A stretch of 64,000 nt of DNA, from the NCBI GenBank assembly GCA_015680685.1, contig MNCI01000651.1:496001-560000 (forward strand), in the 5' to 3' direction. This DNA is from Gnetum montanum. Lineage: Eukaryota > Plantae > Gnetophyta. The notes beneath the pieces were generated by a model. It ran no database searches. It was not told where the DNA came from and saw only the letters and a list, made by a program, of their open reading frames with translations. The translations under genes were made by a program, and so were the position numbers. Of the stretch, positions 39,625 to 52,749 are shown piece after piece (positions within the stretch are counted from its first letter, which is position 1; each line of letters begins with the position of its first letter).

Positions 39625-42600
39625 CGTTGGCACATTTTGGCCATTTTATGGAATAGGTGGACTTATTTGAAAATGGATGGGCTTATGTTGAGTCTATTTT
39701 TAGGTAGGATGTGCTCAAAGTTCTTGAAAATAGCGGACTCATCATAAGATATTATATGGATTTGGTGAAAGGACTGAATTTTGTTTGTACAGAGTGAAGA
39801 GAATATATACTCTTCATTCTAAAATGAAAAAAATTCAAGAAGCCCTAGGTAAATTTGGGGCAAATATTTCAAAGATTATTTATGGTCGAATTGGCACTGC
39901 AGCCGATGATGTACATGAGCCGATGTGTGTAGTCGTTGTTCACAATACTGAACATGTCGTGGCGGCACAACAACATGTGCTGGAATAAACCTTCCCTAAA
40001 ACGATTGTATGCCACGCTCATGCATAGCATTGTCTTGGCTATGTTGTCATCATTATTGTATGATGCTATGTAGCCTAGCGTTAATGGTGGTGTCGCCCTC
40101 AATCAACATGAACATTCATCGTTCTTGCCACCTCCATAGCTAGATCGGCCACAGTTTGTACAGAACCTTGTCGAGCCTATGAAAATGCCACAAATGTCTA
40201 CTTTTTTCTATTTTTGTGCACACAATGGTGGCCACTCCCTATCTTTAGCCACATCTTCGTCTTCATCTTCTATGTTCTGATGCAGACTGGTTTCAGAAAT
40301 CTAAAGACTTCATGGAGGAAACTTATGATTTTGATTCCATTTCAGAGGATTTTTTGGATCATGGGTTCAGCAAATGGCGTGACTGCATCTAGTGCCTGGA
40401 ACTTGCTTGGGTTCCCAGGGAATGGTGGACAGGTCATCTATAGCTGCCTTGCGTAGCCTTTGTCCATGCTCTGGTTTGCAACAAGATGTGCGCTAGGTAT
40501 TGGTGCCCAACTATAAACAATTCGCTCTGCTATATTTTGCCTAAGCTCGTCTTCTCAATCTCCATTGTGATGTAGAGTAGAAACGGGAATAGAAACGAGA
40601 ATGAGAAGCCTAACTGCCACAAAAGAAGCGGCAAGGGAGGAGTGCATGTGAATGAAAGCCGCAGCTAGATTTAAATTGTAGGGTAGAATCAACCCTGCCT
40701 GTAGCATAGGCTAAGAACCTCTAGATGACTTAGCACTCTTCCTCTGTCGTCGTCATCGTGACCATAACTGCCATCGCCATAAACACCGTAACTACCTCCG
40801 TATTGGTTTGCAATGTCGTTCTGCTCGCCAATGACGCTACAGTTTGCTCCACCATTTGTGGAAACGGTATTCCTAACAACAACCCATAGAAGCAAATTTT
40901 TCGCTGTGGCAGCAACAAGCAAGTTATGACAATAATGGAGCCTCATTATCCAGAGAATTTCCCATTTCTTGCTCAAGAAGTTTCCATCGAAGCCTGGATT
41001 GTAGGATATTATTAAAAATTTTGGCATCCTTTTCTATTCGTGGCACAACCACTTTCACGGACCTCGCTACCTTGGCATTCGGTCATCACTGCTTGCAATT
41101 TGGTCATGGAATGGAAACCGTAATAGAACCTGTTGTTGGATTCTACCATGGCATCACTCATAGTGATGTAAGTGTTACTACTAGAGCATTGACAAGTAGA
41201 GAGTTGCTATAGGCGTCCGTCCGTTGCTTACATGCTTCGAGTTTTGAGAAGATATAAGGATGGTCAAGCCAAAAACATTGATGATGGACACTTCACACGA
41301 ATCAACTGGAAACACATTAGTAGTTTGGGCTGGCTTGTTAAATTCAATTGAGAAATATGTCTATCCAATTGTTGGTGTTTGGTTTATCATTAATGTGGCT
41401 TCAGCATCATTCATTTTGCTAAAATTTGTTAAGCCCNNNNNNNNNNNNNNNNNNNNNNNNNNNNNNNNNNNNNNNNNNNNNNNNNNNNNNNNNNNNNNNN
41501 NNNNNNNNNNNNNNNNNNNNNNNNNNNNNNNNNNNNNNNNNNNNNNNNNNNNNNNNNNNNNNNNNNNNNNNNNNNNNNNNNNNNNNNNNNNNNNNNNNNN
41601 NNNNNNNNNNNNNNNNNNNNNNNNNNNNNNNNNNNNNNNNNNNNNNNNNNNNNNNNNNNNNNNNNNNNNNNNNNNNNNNNNNNNNNNNNNNNNNNNNNNN
41701 NNNNNNNNNNNNNNNNNNNNNNNNNNNNNNNNNNNNNNNNNNNNNNNNNNNNNNNNNNNNNNNNNNNNNNNNNNNNNNNNNNNNNNNNNNNNNNNNNNNN
41801 NNNNNNNNNNNNNNNNNNNNNNNNNNNNNNNNNNNNNNNNNNNNNNNNNNNNNNNNNNNNNNNNNNNNNNNNNNNNNNNNNNNNNNNNNNNNNNNNNNNN
41901 NNNNNNNNNNNNNNNNNNNNNNNNNNNNNNNNNNNNNNNNNNNNNNNNNNNNNNNNNNNNNNNNNNNNNNNNNNNNNNNNNNNNNNNNNNNNNNNNNNNN
42001 NNNNNNNNNNNNNNNNNNNNNNNNNNNNNNNNNNNNNNNNNNNNNNNNNNGATTGTTGTAAGAGAGCCTCTGCTTGTATTCATGCCGTTGAACGATTCAA
42101 TAGTCAAGAGGGTTAAGAAAATCTTTGGTATTTTGGTAGGACCAAAATAGCATCTTTTATCTTTAAAGTGAATCTTCATGGTATTTCAATCAGAAATTAT
42201 CAAGTATTTTGAAGGTTCTGTTGAATGCAATTGTTGACATCCATGATCTAGCCAAAATAGAGTCTTGTACGTGATAGTTAACGCAGCAATCTTTTGGGTA
42301 GCATAGAAGCATTTTCTTGAAGAAATTTCTTATTTGAGCCTTGGAAGTTTGAACAATTCGTAGTTATTGAATTTGGGATAGCTTTATTGTGAAGTGTTTA
42401 CTTGTATCATTTTACCCTGTTTAAATATTTGAGGTCTTAACACAAATCTGCTTTCTTTTTTGTCTATTTTCATTGAATCTTGCTCTATTTCTAGTTTTCC
42501 TGTGAAACTATCTCTTTCTCTAGGGAAAATTAGAGGTAGATTCGTAGAGTTATGCTCAAATGTTTTTGCAAAACTTTATTTGTTACAAGTAGGTATTATA

Positions 42601-42885
42601 AGGACCACATAGACTAGGTAATTAAACAAAATATGAACTCTCAACAACTCATAGTACTTGGCAAAGTTGGCTGAATCTCTTTAAGATAAGTCATTTGTAG
42701 TTTACACACAACGCAATCATTTCATTTTTCACAATTGCACACCGCAATAGCACACACAAATACTCACATTATCTATTGAGTCTATTTGGAGGTATCTGGG
42801 CCTTGGTGTTGCCAGAAGACCAGCAAGCACCTAAATCCTATTCGAGAACACTCGTTGGCGGTCGCGTCCCAAACAGTCGCCAACA
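39625..42885 (+). mobile_element. Solo LTR of a Tat-type family (contains the N gap)
   Basis: Termini (C)GTTGGCAC...GTCGCCAACA; flanks TAAAG/GAAAG (4/5 TSD); distal ACTCACATTATCTAT and AGACCAGC..GCACC..AATCC blocks shared with the other Tat LTRs. Confidence 0.7.
41437..42050. other. Assembly gap (614 N)
   Basis: Run of N. Confidence 1.
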
Positions 42886-43039
42886 GAAAGATAGAGAAAA
42901 AGTAAGATAGGAAGAAGATCAAAAATAATATAATAATATGTAGATAAGATGATTAAATAATTAGAATAAATTTGATTATGCAAGGTATTTTTTCTTCTCA
43001 AATGTAGTATCGTTTGAGATATACTCAGTTCATTGGATT

Positions 43040-43772
43040 TGAGTATTGATTTCCATCTAAATCAGTTAAGAAGTATGTTCCATTGCCAAGGTTTTTCATG
43101 ATGATGAAGAGGCCTTGTCAATTTGGTGAAAATTTGGTCATCTTGGCATTAGGAAAATTTCTAAGTACAAGATCACCTTCCTTGATAAATCTGAGTGTAA
43201 CATGCTTGTCAAAGTAATGGCACATGACTTCTTGATGATTTTGGATATTGATTGTTGCTTGCTAGGGGTTTCCCTTAAGTACATCTAGCACAACATAATG
43301 CATATTATTGTTCTCCTTATCCATCATCTAATTGTTTAGGGACACACAAAGAGAAGTCACATTTAGCTACATTAATAACATAGCTCCTCATCCATAGGTA
43401 ATCATGAAGGAAGTTTGGTTGGTTGTAATTTGAATGGTGGTATGGTAGACCCAAAGATCATAGGATAACTGAGCAAGCTAATTACATTAGAATATGTTAA
43501 CCATGATTCTAAGCAAATGGATGAGGGATTTATTGGTTGATTCAACTTGTCCATTGAATTGTGAGTAATATAGCAATGAGAATGATTAGGTAATTTGGTA
43601 TTGATTGTAAAATTTAACTAGCTCTTTGCTGTTGAATTAAGATCCATTATCAGTCATGATTTGAAGAGAGATACCAATGTAAGTGATTATATGATCCAAG
43701 ATAAAATGACAAATATACTTAACAGTTGTAGTTTTTAAAGAAATAGCTTCAACCCACTTGGTAAAATATTGG
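43040..43772 (-). pseudogene. pol: Tat-type integrase core and C-terminus, degenerate
   Basis: YFTKWVEAISLKTTT...IMTDNGS*F...YYSQFNGQVESTNK...IKEGDLVLRK. Confidence 0.85.
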
Positions 43773-44639
43773 TTGAAGAAGATGGAGCATTAACAAAATC
43801 TATAAGATCCACCCCCTCTTGACATGGAACATAAATGAGCAAAGCATGACATCCTAAGTTTTAACGTAGAATGTCAAAGTTTGATGGCTAAGTCTCAATG
43901 TGCCATGTAGAAACTCCAAGGAAGAGTTTTTAATATGGAACTAACATAGCCTTAGTATGTTTTGATGTCACATTGAACTTTTAATGTGAAACTATGTTTT
44001 TATGCTAAAGGTATTTAGTGTTTATTTCAGGGAAGGATATTGGCTTAAGGATAACCAAGATAATGATGGTTAGGTTTCAAACTATTGAAGGGATAGACTG
44101 CTCATAGCTATTAGGAATAATGATGAAAAAAAATGAAGGAAAAGACAAAAGAAATAGGGAAAACCATAAGAACTAAAAAGGTAATGCTTGTAGGAAAGAA
44201 ATAAAGAAGAAATGTTAAGATGTCAATTTATTGATATGTTTGACATTTTTATAAGATCATGTGTTTGTGTTTATATGAATGCTTTTGAGATTGAGATCTA
44301 TGGTATAGGGGAAGATTATTTATGAATTTAAAGTTTTTAAATGTTTATGGTTTTTTTAGTTTTCTATTTTTATGAGTTTTTTCCTAAAATAAGAGCAAAG
44401 TAAATGTTAGGTAAAACACATGATAACACATAATAAGGAGAAAAGTAAATACCAAAGTGAATTAATAATCATGAATTTACTAAATAAGAGATATTATTTA
44501 AAATAAAAAGATAAAATAATTAAACTAATGCAAAGAAGTTAAGACTAAAACAGCAACAAGGAAGAGAGATAAACATAATCATAAAAATAAACAAAGATAA
44601 AACAGCGATAGGGAAGAAATAAAACTAGAGAATAATTAT

Positions 44640-45975
44640 AGTTAGAGTATGTGACCTATTTTTCAAGGCTGGAATGCTCAATGAGTATCCATGATATGAC
44701 ATTGGTTCTAGTTCCATCATCAATGTCCACCAACGATAACAATACATTGTGATCCATATGGTGATTAAATTGGAAGTTGGCACACAGCACACTTCACAAG
44801 ATGGTTTTTGATGTTCTTCCTCTCAAAAACCAAATATTCAACCTCATAAGGTAGAGGATTAACAATTGATGAGATCGTGCAAACATGGGGCTAAATTTCT
44901 GAAGATACAATGATGAACTTTTGCAATTATCCCAACACCAAACGATGTTCTTTTGAAGTGGAAATGAGGTTAAAGAGGAAAATATTTATCCATTTTGACT
45001 ACATGGTAGTGGAAATTTTATGAATAACCTTATTTTTAAAAGTTGAATTTGTAGATTCTTGTGTAGGGGGAATAGCATTAGATGTGATTGGTAAAATTAA
45101 CATGACTATGGAAGTAGGAGGATTTATGTTTGATGCATTGTAGAATAAAACTTTCTTTTTTTTTATCTTGATGCTCATTCCTTCTCTTTTTTCTTATTAT
45201 TGATTACAACCTTCTTTGAGGCCCTTTTAAGGATTTTCATGAGCAAAGCAGGGGTAGGAAGCAAGGAAGACTCTTGTGGATTGGGTGGAGAGAAAAAACA
45301 CTATGGTGAACACATAGCATAAGCTAAGAGAAGGGCATAATGAATAGGGTAAGTAGATATATGAACTTTGTTCCTTGGGTGAGAGGAAGGATAAGAGAAA
45401 GAAGGCTAGAATAGCATAGGAACTTTATCATAGTGATGAGTTATGTCAATGACTAACAAATCCCTTTATATATTTTAGGAAGAAGGGGCATTGGTTTCAC
45501 TTGAAGGAAGATTAATTATAAAATATTTCTTAGGTCTTTGTAGGGTAGAATAAGGAAATGAGGGAGACTTGTAGTAAAAGGAATCCATTTGGACAAGAAA
45601 GGGAGCTTGTGGGTGATTTTCTTTACATTTCACATGGATGGCTAAAATACTCCTTGAATGGGAATTCAAAGGATCCTAATAAATTAACATGTTTTTGTTA
45701 CTAGGACGGGTAGGAGTATTAAACATGATTAGTCCTTTTCTACCAATTCTTGGACATCATCTTTATGGGAATTGCAACCCTCAGTATCATGGCATGGCAT
45801 CTTATGATAGTAGCAGAATTTGTTGGGATTATACCACTTAGGAATATATGGTTTTCTTTCCATGTATTGGGAAGGATTAATGGATAATGTTTAGAGTTTT
45901 TTTTAATCTCATCCTTTTTTGTTCTAAAAAATTCTTATGTTTTGGGTGTCAATCCTTCAATACCATGCTATACAA
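44640..45975 (-). pseudogene. gag: Tat-type gag C-terminus and protease fragment
   Basis: YIPKWYNPNKFCYYHKMPCHDTEGCNSHKDDVQELVEKG...IY*DPLN (homologous to the 11347 ORF); VDIDDGTRTNVI protease motif near 44720. Confidence 0.8.
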
Positions 45976-45978
45976 TTG

Positions 45979-47087
45979 TGTAATGACTGAAAAATTCAAA
46001 GCTAGAAGAACTAAAAATTCCTATGCGTAACAATTTAACTCTTGATTCACAAGCCTTGAAAAGGATCTAAAGCGCATCAAACAGTCTTGTCAATCGCATG
46101 AGGACTTGGAGGATATATTATCAAGCAATAAAAATAAACACAAATAAATTATTTAAATGCAACGTACAGTGTAGAAAACAAGAACAGAGAGAGGGAGAAA
46201 ATATCACAAAACAAGCTAATACTACAAACTTTGATATTAATTATTGTGAAAGAAAATGTTAGAAACAAAGGTTCAAAGAATACATATTGTAGGTTTCACA
46301 AACCCAATAAATGTAATTATATCTTTAAATTCTAATGTAGATTGTAGGGTGTGTTTTACTACAATGTCTATACAAATCTACTCATGAACTTTGTCTATCA
46401 TTTGTTCTCTCTACTCTAGTGATCTGCATTGGTTGGAAACAGTTGTGAACTCTTGAATGCTTGCACTACTCCAAAATATTAAGTTCTGCCTAAATGCAAA
46501 ATGATCCAACATTTCTAAAAATGATGGAAAATTTAATTTAAATAGGTCATACATTCACTGATTTTTTGTTGGTTTGATTCTACCAAATTTCTAACATTCC
46601 CTGCAAAGTTTCAAATGCTTTTGATGACCAAAATCTACAACATATGACATGCTAACATTTTTGACTTTTTGGATACTAAATACCAATATATGTTATAATT
46701 TTCATTACTCAAAACTACAATGTATGGGTCACCAATGTATGGAGCTTTTCCTACCAAATTTGGTAGCATATTTGGGCTATTTTCATGGCTTAAAATCCAA
46801 CATATAGGTCACAAACTTTTTTAGGCTTTTTCTACCAAATTTTGATAACGTATTAACAATTTGGTCCTCCATATGTTAGCTTAAATGAAATTTCAACTTT
46901 TGGGCTGTAAATTTCATTTTACACATTGAAAAATGCTTAAAACCTTGCCGAAACAACAACACAGAGTATGATTTTTTATCAAAAAATAAGATAGTTATGT
47001 CTACCTTTAAATTTCCATCAAATTACAATGAAAATTTATCTTTAAGGCTTTTGTATTTGTCACATGAATTTTCTTTGAGATATTTCA
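45979..47087 (-). repeat. Element E 3' LTR
   Basis: Starts TGAAATATCTCAAAG after ...GGTCAATCCTCTA...AGGGGCCA, as in A; distal part homologous to 1610-2137. Confidence 0.75.
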
Positions 47088-48176
47088 TTGGCCCCTATTT
47101 ATTGATGTTTAGAGGATTGACCTAAGAGACATCAACAAACAATACAAAACATCGTTGCAAGTGCATCACCAATGCTCACTCTCCAAATTTGATTTAATAG
47201 TTGTAGAATCATACTGAGTGCTCATGATGGTGAAATAAGACTATAATTTTATGTCACAATTTTGGAATGAGATGATGGCTATATTGGCTATCATAATATA
47301 GTTACATGGGCTAACAAAGAATTCCATCTTTTTGGCATTGGCTCTAGCTAAAAAGTTCTTCATGCTTCATGGTCAAATTGATGGTTGCTCAATAATGTGT
47401 TAGAAGAACTAACACTCCATGATTTGGCTTCTTTGGTCACTAGGCTTCTTCCTCTATTTTTTTGAAGCCATTTTTTTCACTTGAGGCTTCATTGGCCTCT
47501 TGGCTATCTTGGCATTTTCTCCCCCTACTATTTTTAGGTATAAAACCTTCTTTGGGTTTTATTCCCAATGCTGAATTTTCTTCATTTTTTCATTGAATGA
47601 GATGTATTACATGAACTTGAAGGTAGAGCATGTCAAAGAAGATGTCACATGGCCATGGTACATGAATGATAATAATAGGTTTTCATTGTTAGCAAGGTAA
47701 GAAAGGTTGTAATTTGACTACAGGATTATGGCTCAAAAGGGGTAATGGAAGTGATGTCAAGTAAGACCTAGTGGCATAATTAGATAAGCTAACTAAATTT
47801 TATGTATTGAGATAACATGGTGACTCACTACTATAGCAAATCATACCTTTGCATTGGCTCTAGGCTCATCTTACAAGCACAACTCAAAGAGGATAATAAA
47901 AGAAATCAAAGAATACATGTGATTACAAGAGATTTCATAAGGCTACATGAGGCAAAAAGTAGATACAATCTATCATAGATTACAACTCATAAAACATGAG
48001 AAATTTGTAGTTTCTTTTATAGATTTAGACAAAGTTTATAGTGCTTTGAGGTCCCAACAAAGAAATAAAAGGTCACATAAGCTTGCTTTTTTTATTCTAC
48101 AAAGGTTGTCAATGTTAATCATTCATGTAAACCTATAAAAAAAGGCAAACAAAGCCTATAAGAAAATAGGTTAATG

Positions 48177-51100
48177 TTACATATAGTAAGGTTTAAGATA
48201 GAAATGGTTGATCATATTGATAAATTCATTCCCATTCATGTTTTCTAGTCTGAATGCTCTATTATCATAAGCTTTTATAGCCAAGAAAGGTCCTTCCCAA
48301 TTGATCAAGAACTTGTCCGCATGTTTGCAAATGGCCTTAAGAATAAGGTCTCCTTCCTTAACATTTTTCCTATCCAAATTGTGATGATGTAATAATTTCT
48401 ATCTCTCTTAATATCATTTGATGTTGGCTAGCATTTTTATTTGCTATTCCTCCACCAAATTGAGGTCAATATTACATAGCTCCTTACTCTGCTCATCATT
48501 AATGAAGTCTAATAGAGCTATTCTTAAGTATGGTCCCTACAATTTAAAAGGAAAAATAGCTTTAGATCCATAAACAATGTTATATGAGGTGGCATCAATT
48601 GTAGTTCTAAAGATTATCCAATAAGCTCAAAGTGCATACACAAGTTGTTTATGCCACTTGCATTAGCTATTTCTTAGCATCTTCTTAAGGATGTTTATGA
48701 TGACTATGTTGCTCACTTCAACTTAACCATTAGCTTATGGATAGTATGGTGATGAAAAAAAATATTTGATATTTAATTCTTGACAAAATTTTTTCATTTC
48801 TTGGATACTTAACTATGGTTCATTCTCTGTAATTATAGTTATGGGTAAGCCAAAATGGGATACTATGTTGTTTAACACAAATTTAATGACTTACTTAGAT
48901 TTTATTTCCTCAAAGAAATATCTTCAACCCACTTCATGAAATGTTCAATTGCAGTGATGATGAAGCTATTTTCCATTAAAAACTTGAGATTTATAGATGT
49001 AATAATGTTGATTCCTCATCATTAAAGTGGCCATGTAATCTGAGTAATGTGTAACTTAGTTAGTGGCACATGTATTAAGTTGTCATGTCATTAACAAGTT
49101 TCAATCTTCTATAGGTAGTCACTTTTCATATAGGACTAATATTATCCTAAGCATCTAATCTTCACAGCTATTGCTCTAGGTCCTATATGTCTTCCACATA
49201 TGCCCTCTTGAATCTACTAAAGGACAATGAGAACTTCTTCTTTACCCAAGCATACTGATAATATGGCATCATAGGACCTTTGACATAATGTGTTACTAGC
49301 TATAATGACATATTCTTTTAATCATTTACATATAATTTCCTTTTGAGACACAATTAGGTTCTATGGAGATTCACCATGCATTAGGTAAAACTTAATGTCA
49401 TCGTACCACTCTTGTTAAGGAACATTGTCAATAATGGCTATAAAGGTTCCTTCAATGTTCTACATGATGAAAAGATCATAGTTCTCCACCAAGAAAGATA
49501 ATTGGCTAAACACATGTGGTGTCACACTTACAACTAAGGTTACAATGGCATCAACTAAAGTGTTCTCAATTTGGAGGATGTATTGGATACCAACATCTAT
49601 AAACTATAGCATGATTTTTTTGACTAGGTCACAATAAGGTTATAAATGTTTGGCTTTGCATGCATGGACATTGGTTACTTGGTTAATCACAAGGTACGAA
49701 TCACCTTTTATCATTACACATATAATTTCTTGGTTACAAGCTACCATCATTCCTTTGATTAACCCTTCATATTGTGCTACATTGTTGGTACATAGGAATT
49801 GAAATGATAAGAAAAAGGTTGGAGCTCACCATAGGATAATGATATGATGGTAGCAACACTTGATCCATGGGTAGTTGAAGTTCCATAAAAGTGCATGATG
49901 GCCTCATACATCTCATTAACAATGTTGACATGCACATCTGAGAATTCAAGGTCTATGGTTGCATTATCCTTGATTGGGAAAGTTATGAGTCCATTGACTA
50001 TAGTTTGACCTTTCGTTGAGGCTTGGAAGGTGTAATGCATGCGAAACTCAGCTATTATGGCCTTTCACCAGGCTATTTGGCTACTCTAGTATATATTAGT
50101 TATTATGCCTCTCAACATGTTTTCCTTACACATAACATTAACTTGGATCCTAAAGAGGTACTATCTCTACTTATTTAGAGAGAAGAACAAGGCTAAATAG
50201 TACTTCTTGATCTCAATGTAATGAGTCTAATATGCTATCAATGAATAGCTCTACTCCATCAGCTCATTTTAAATGGACAAGAAAGGCTATGAACGTGTTA
50301 GAGATTGCAAGGTAGATGTAAAACAATTTTTTCTTCTTAGGTGGGTACATGGTGGGTATTTGGGCCAACTCTTGCTTAATTTTATCAAAGGCTTCTTGAC
50401 ATTGGTCAATCTACTCATAGTGAACTTCCTTTTTAAGCAAGTATTTCATGGGTTATAGCTTATCCATAAGTCTTGAGAGGAACCTCCAAATAAATGAAAA
50501 TATACCTTGTAATTCTCTTAGTTCCTTAAGGTTAATAGGTGGTGCCAAGTTTTTTATGGCCTTAACTTTATCTAAATTGACACATATCCCTACCTCAAAT
50601 ACTACAAAACCAAGCATCTTACTATTTTTAACACCAAAGACACACTAATTAAGACTAAGTCTAAGCTCGTACTTGAGACATTGTTGGAGTACTAAATTTA
50701 GATCATGTGCATGGTTATTGGTTATCTTGAATTTTACCACTATGTTAGCAACATAATTGTTAATCTACCCTAGCATATAATCACTAAAAATGTACATTAT
50801 TGATAGGTCTCATCTATGTTCTTTAGATCAACTAGCATCATGGTATAACAAAAGGTAACCCAACAGGTCATGAAGGTTATGTAGAGTTAATGCTCTAGGT
50901 TAATCCTAACTGGGTTGTATCTCAAGAACCCATCCATATGGATAATAAGGAATGGGTGGCCATAGTAAGTTGATCAATACTAGGAAAAGAGAAATTGTCT
51001 TTAATGGTTATCTTATTCAGATCTCAAAACTCAATAAAAATACAAATGCTTCCATTTTTCTTAGGAACTACCACTATGTTGGCCATCCAATTAGTGTAAT

Positions 51101-51614
51101 CAATAGCTTGAATGAAACCAACATATTATAGCTTCTTAATCTCATCATGAACTTTTTCGACAAAATCTAGTCTAAATTTGCAAAAGTTTTGCTAAACAAA
51201 CTTAATACTAGGATCTAGTATGATGTTATGTTGCACTAAACATGGATCTAATCCTGACATATCTTTGTATGACAAAGCAAATACTTTAATATTATTCTAA
51301 AGAAACTTGGTAATGTATTGGTCTATCTAAGGTTTGAGTGAGGAACTTAGTTTTAGCATTTTCTTCTCACCATTGTGTATTGTAATAGGAACTTCAACAA
51401 AAGAATCCTTAGTAATGTCACCAATCTCAACATTAAGGATTTTAACTATGTAATCAAGCCATTCAAGGAACTTCTCTATCAAGGCTATATGATAAAATAG
51501 GCTCTCAATTTTGAGATCTAGATAATCAAGATCAATTAGTCATTTATAATCACCATAGAATCCATTTAGTCTAAAATGTAGGTCAATTTGTGCCCATGTG
51601 TCCATGTCCTAATC
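48177..51614 (-). pseudogene. pol: Element E RT-RH-aRH-INT, degenerate
   Basis: MSGLDPCLVQHNIILDPSI, YVANIVVK at the YxDD position, aRH MHFYGTSTTHG, NVKEGDLILKAI...NWEGPF...YLKPYYM. Confidence 0.92.
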
Positions 51615-51739
51615 CTGCATGCCAACAAAAGACATATTAAGTGGTACTTGTGTGTATGATTATCAAACCATGTTAAAATAATGCAAGATACTATGGTATT
51701 ATAACACCATAGAGCAACACAAGGGTCAAAAAAAAAAGT

Positions 51740-52440
51740 AGAACAACATAAAATAACGCTAAGTAAGCTTATAACATGGTAAATTAAGGCCAAAGAAGGT
51801 AAAATGAAATGCAATAAGTTGGAACAAGCACCAAATGATGTCAAATGATGCAGAATAAGGGCCAAATGAAGGTCAAAAAATGAAAAATGATTCAAAATTA
51901 GGTCAAATGAGGTCCTAATGATGCCAAATGACATAGAATGATTCCAAATGATGATAAACAAGGTCAAACATGGTCAATTGATGGTAAATGTTCTCAAAAT
52001 GTGGTAAAACAGATCCAAATCATGTAAAAAAATCCTAAATGACATCGAAATGTTGTAAAATGCTGTCAAATGATACCAAATAATGAGAAATGACATCAAA
52101 TGAACACAAAATGATATGAAATAATGTTGAATAAGGTCAAAAAAAGACTAAATGATATCAAAATAAGTTCAAATAACACCAAATGAAGTTGAATTATGTC
52201 AAAACGAGGTAAAAAGGTGTCGAATGACGCCAAATGAGGTCAAACTAGTGAAAAATAATGTCCAATGATTTTAGATGATGTTAAAATGCTGGGAAAATGA
52301 TGAGAAATCATGTGAAATAAGGTCAACTAGGCTGAAAAAGGTCAAATGATGTTAAAACAACACATAAGGTACTAAATAGTATTAAATGATGTAAAAAGAG
52401 ATCAAGCATGATCAGACACGATCAAAACAAGGTTGGAAAT
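51740..52440. repeat. 10-bp-period degenerate array, consensus ~AAATGAYGTC
   Basis: e.g. GTCAAATGAGGTCCTAATGATGCCAAATGACATAGAATGATTCCAAATGA; the register is held over ~700 bp. Confidence 0.85.
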
Positions 52441-52749
52441 AATATTAAATGGTGATATTTATTTTTTGAGGTATTTTTATAGTCAAACTAGGGTAAAATC
52501 TACTGAAAGTACACCGTAAATTAATGAAACAATTAGAAATTTGGTGAAATAGGTTATAAACTATCGAAATAAATAAAAATATATAGAAAACATGTTGTAA
52601 ATTGATAAAATAAATAGAAAATATACCAAAAAATAGAAAAATCTTACAAAAATAAAAAAAAAATCTTGTGAAAAGTAGTTTAAAATTGCTAGAAAATTGA
52701 TTTTTTGTTGCAAAAAAATTTAAAGAAAAAAGCTAAAAACTTATGTTTT

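Noticed and set aside
39785-41212. Host gene or captured exons in the GC-richer segment
   Set aside because: The short ORFs on both strands show no recognisable motifs, and the segment lies within the solo-LTR termini.
41260-42179. Long ORFs of 211-296 aa
   Set aside because: Artefacts of translating through the N gap.
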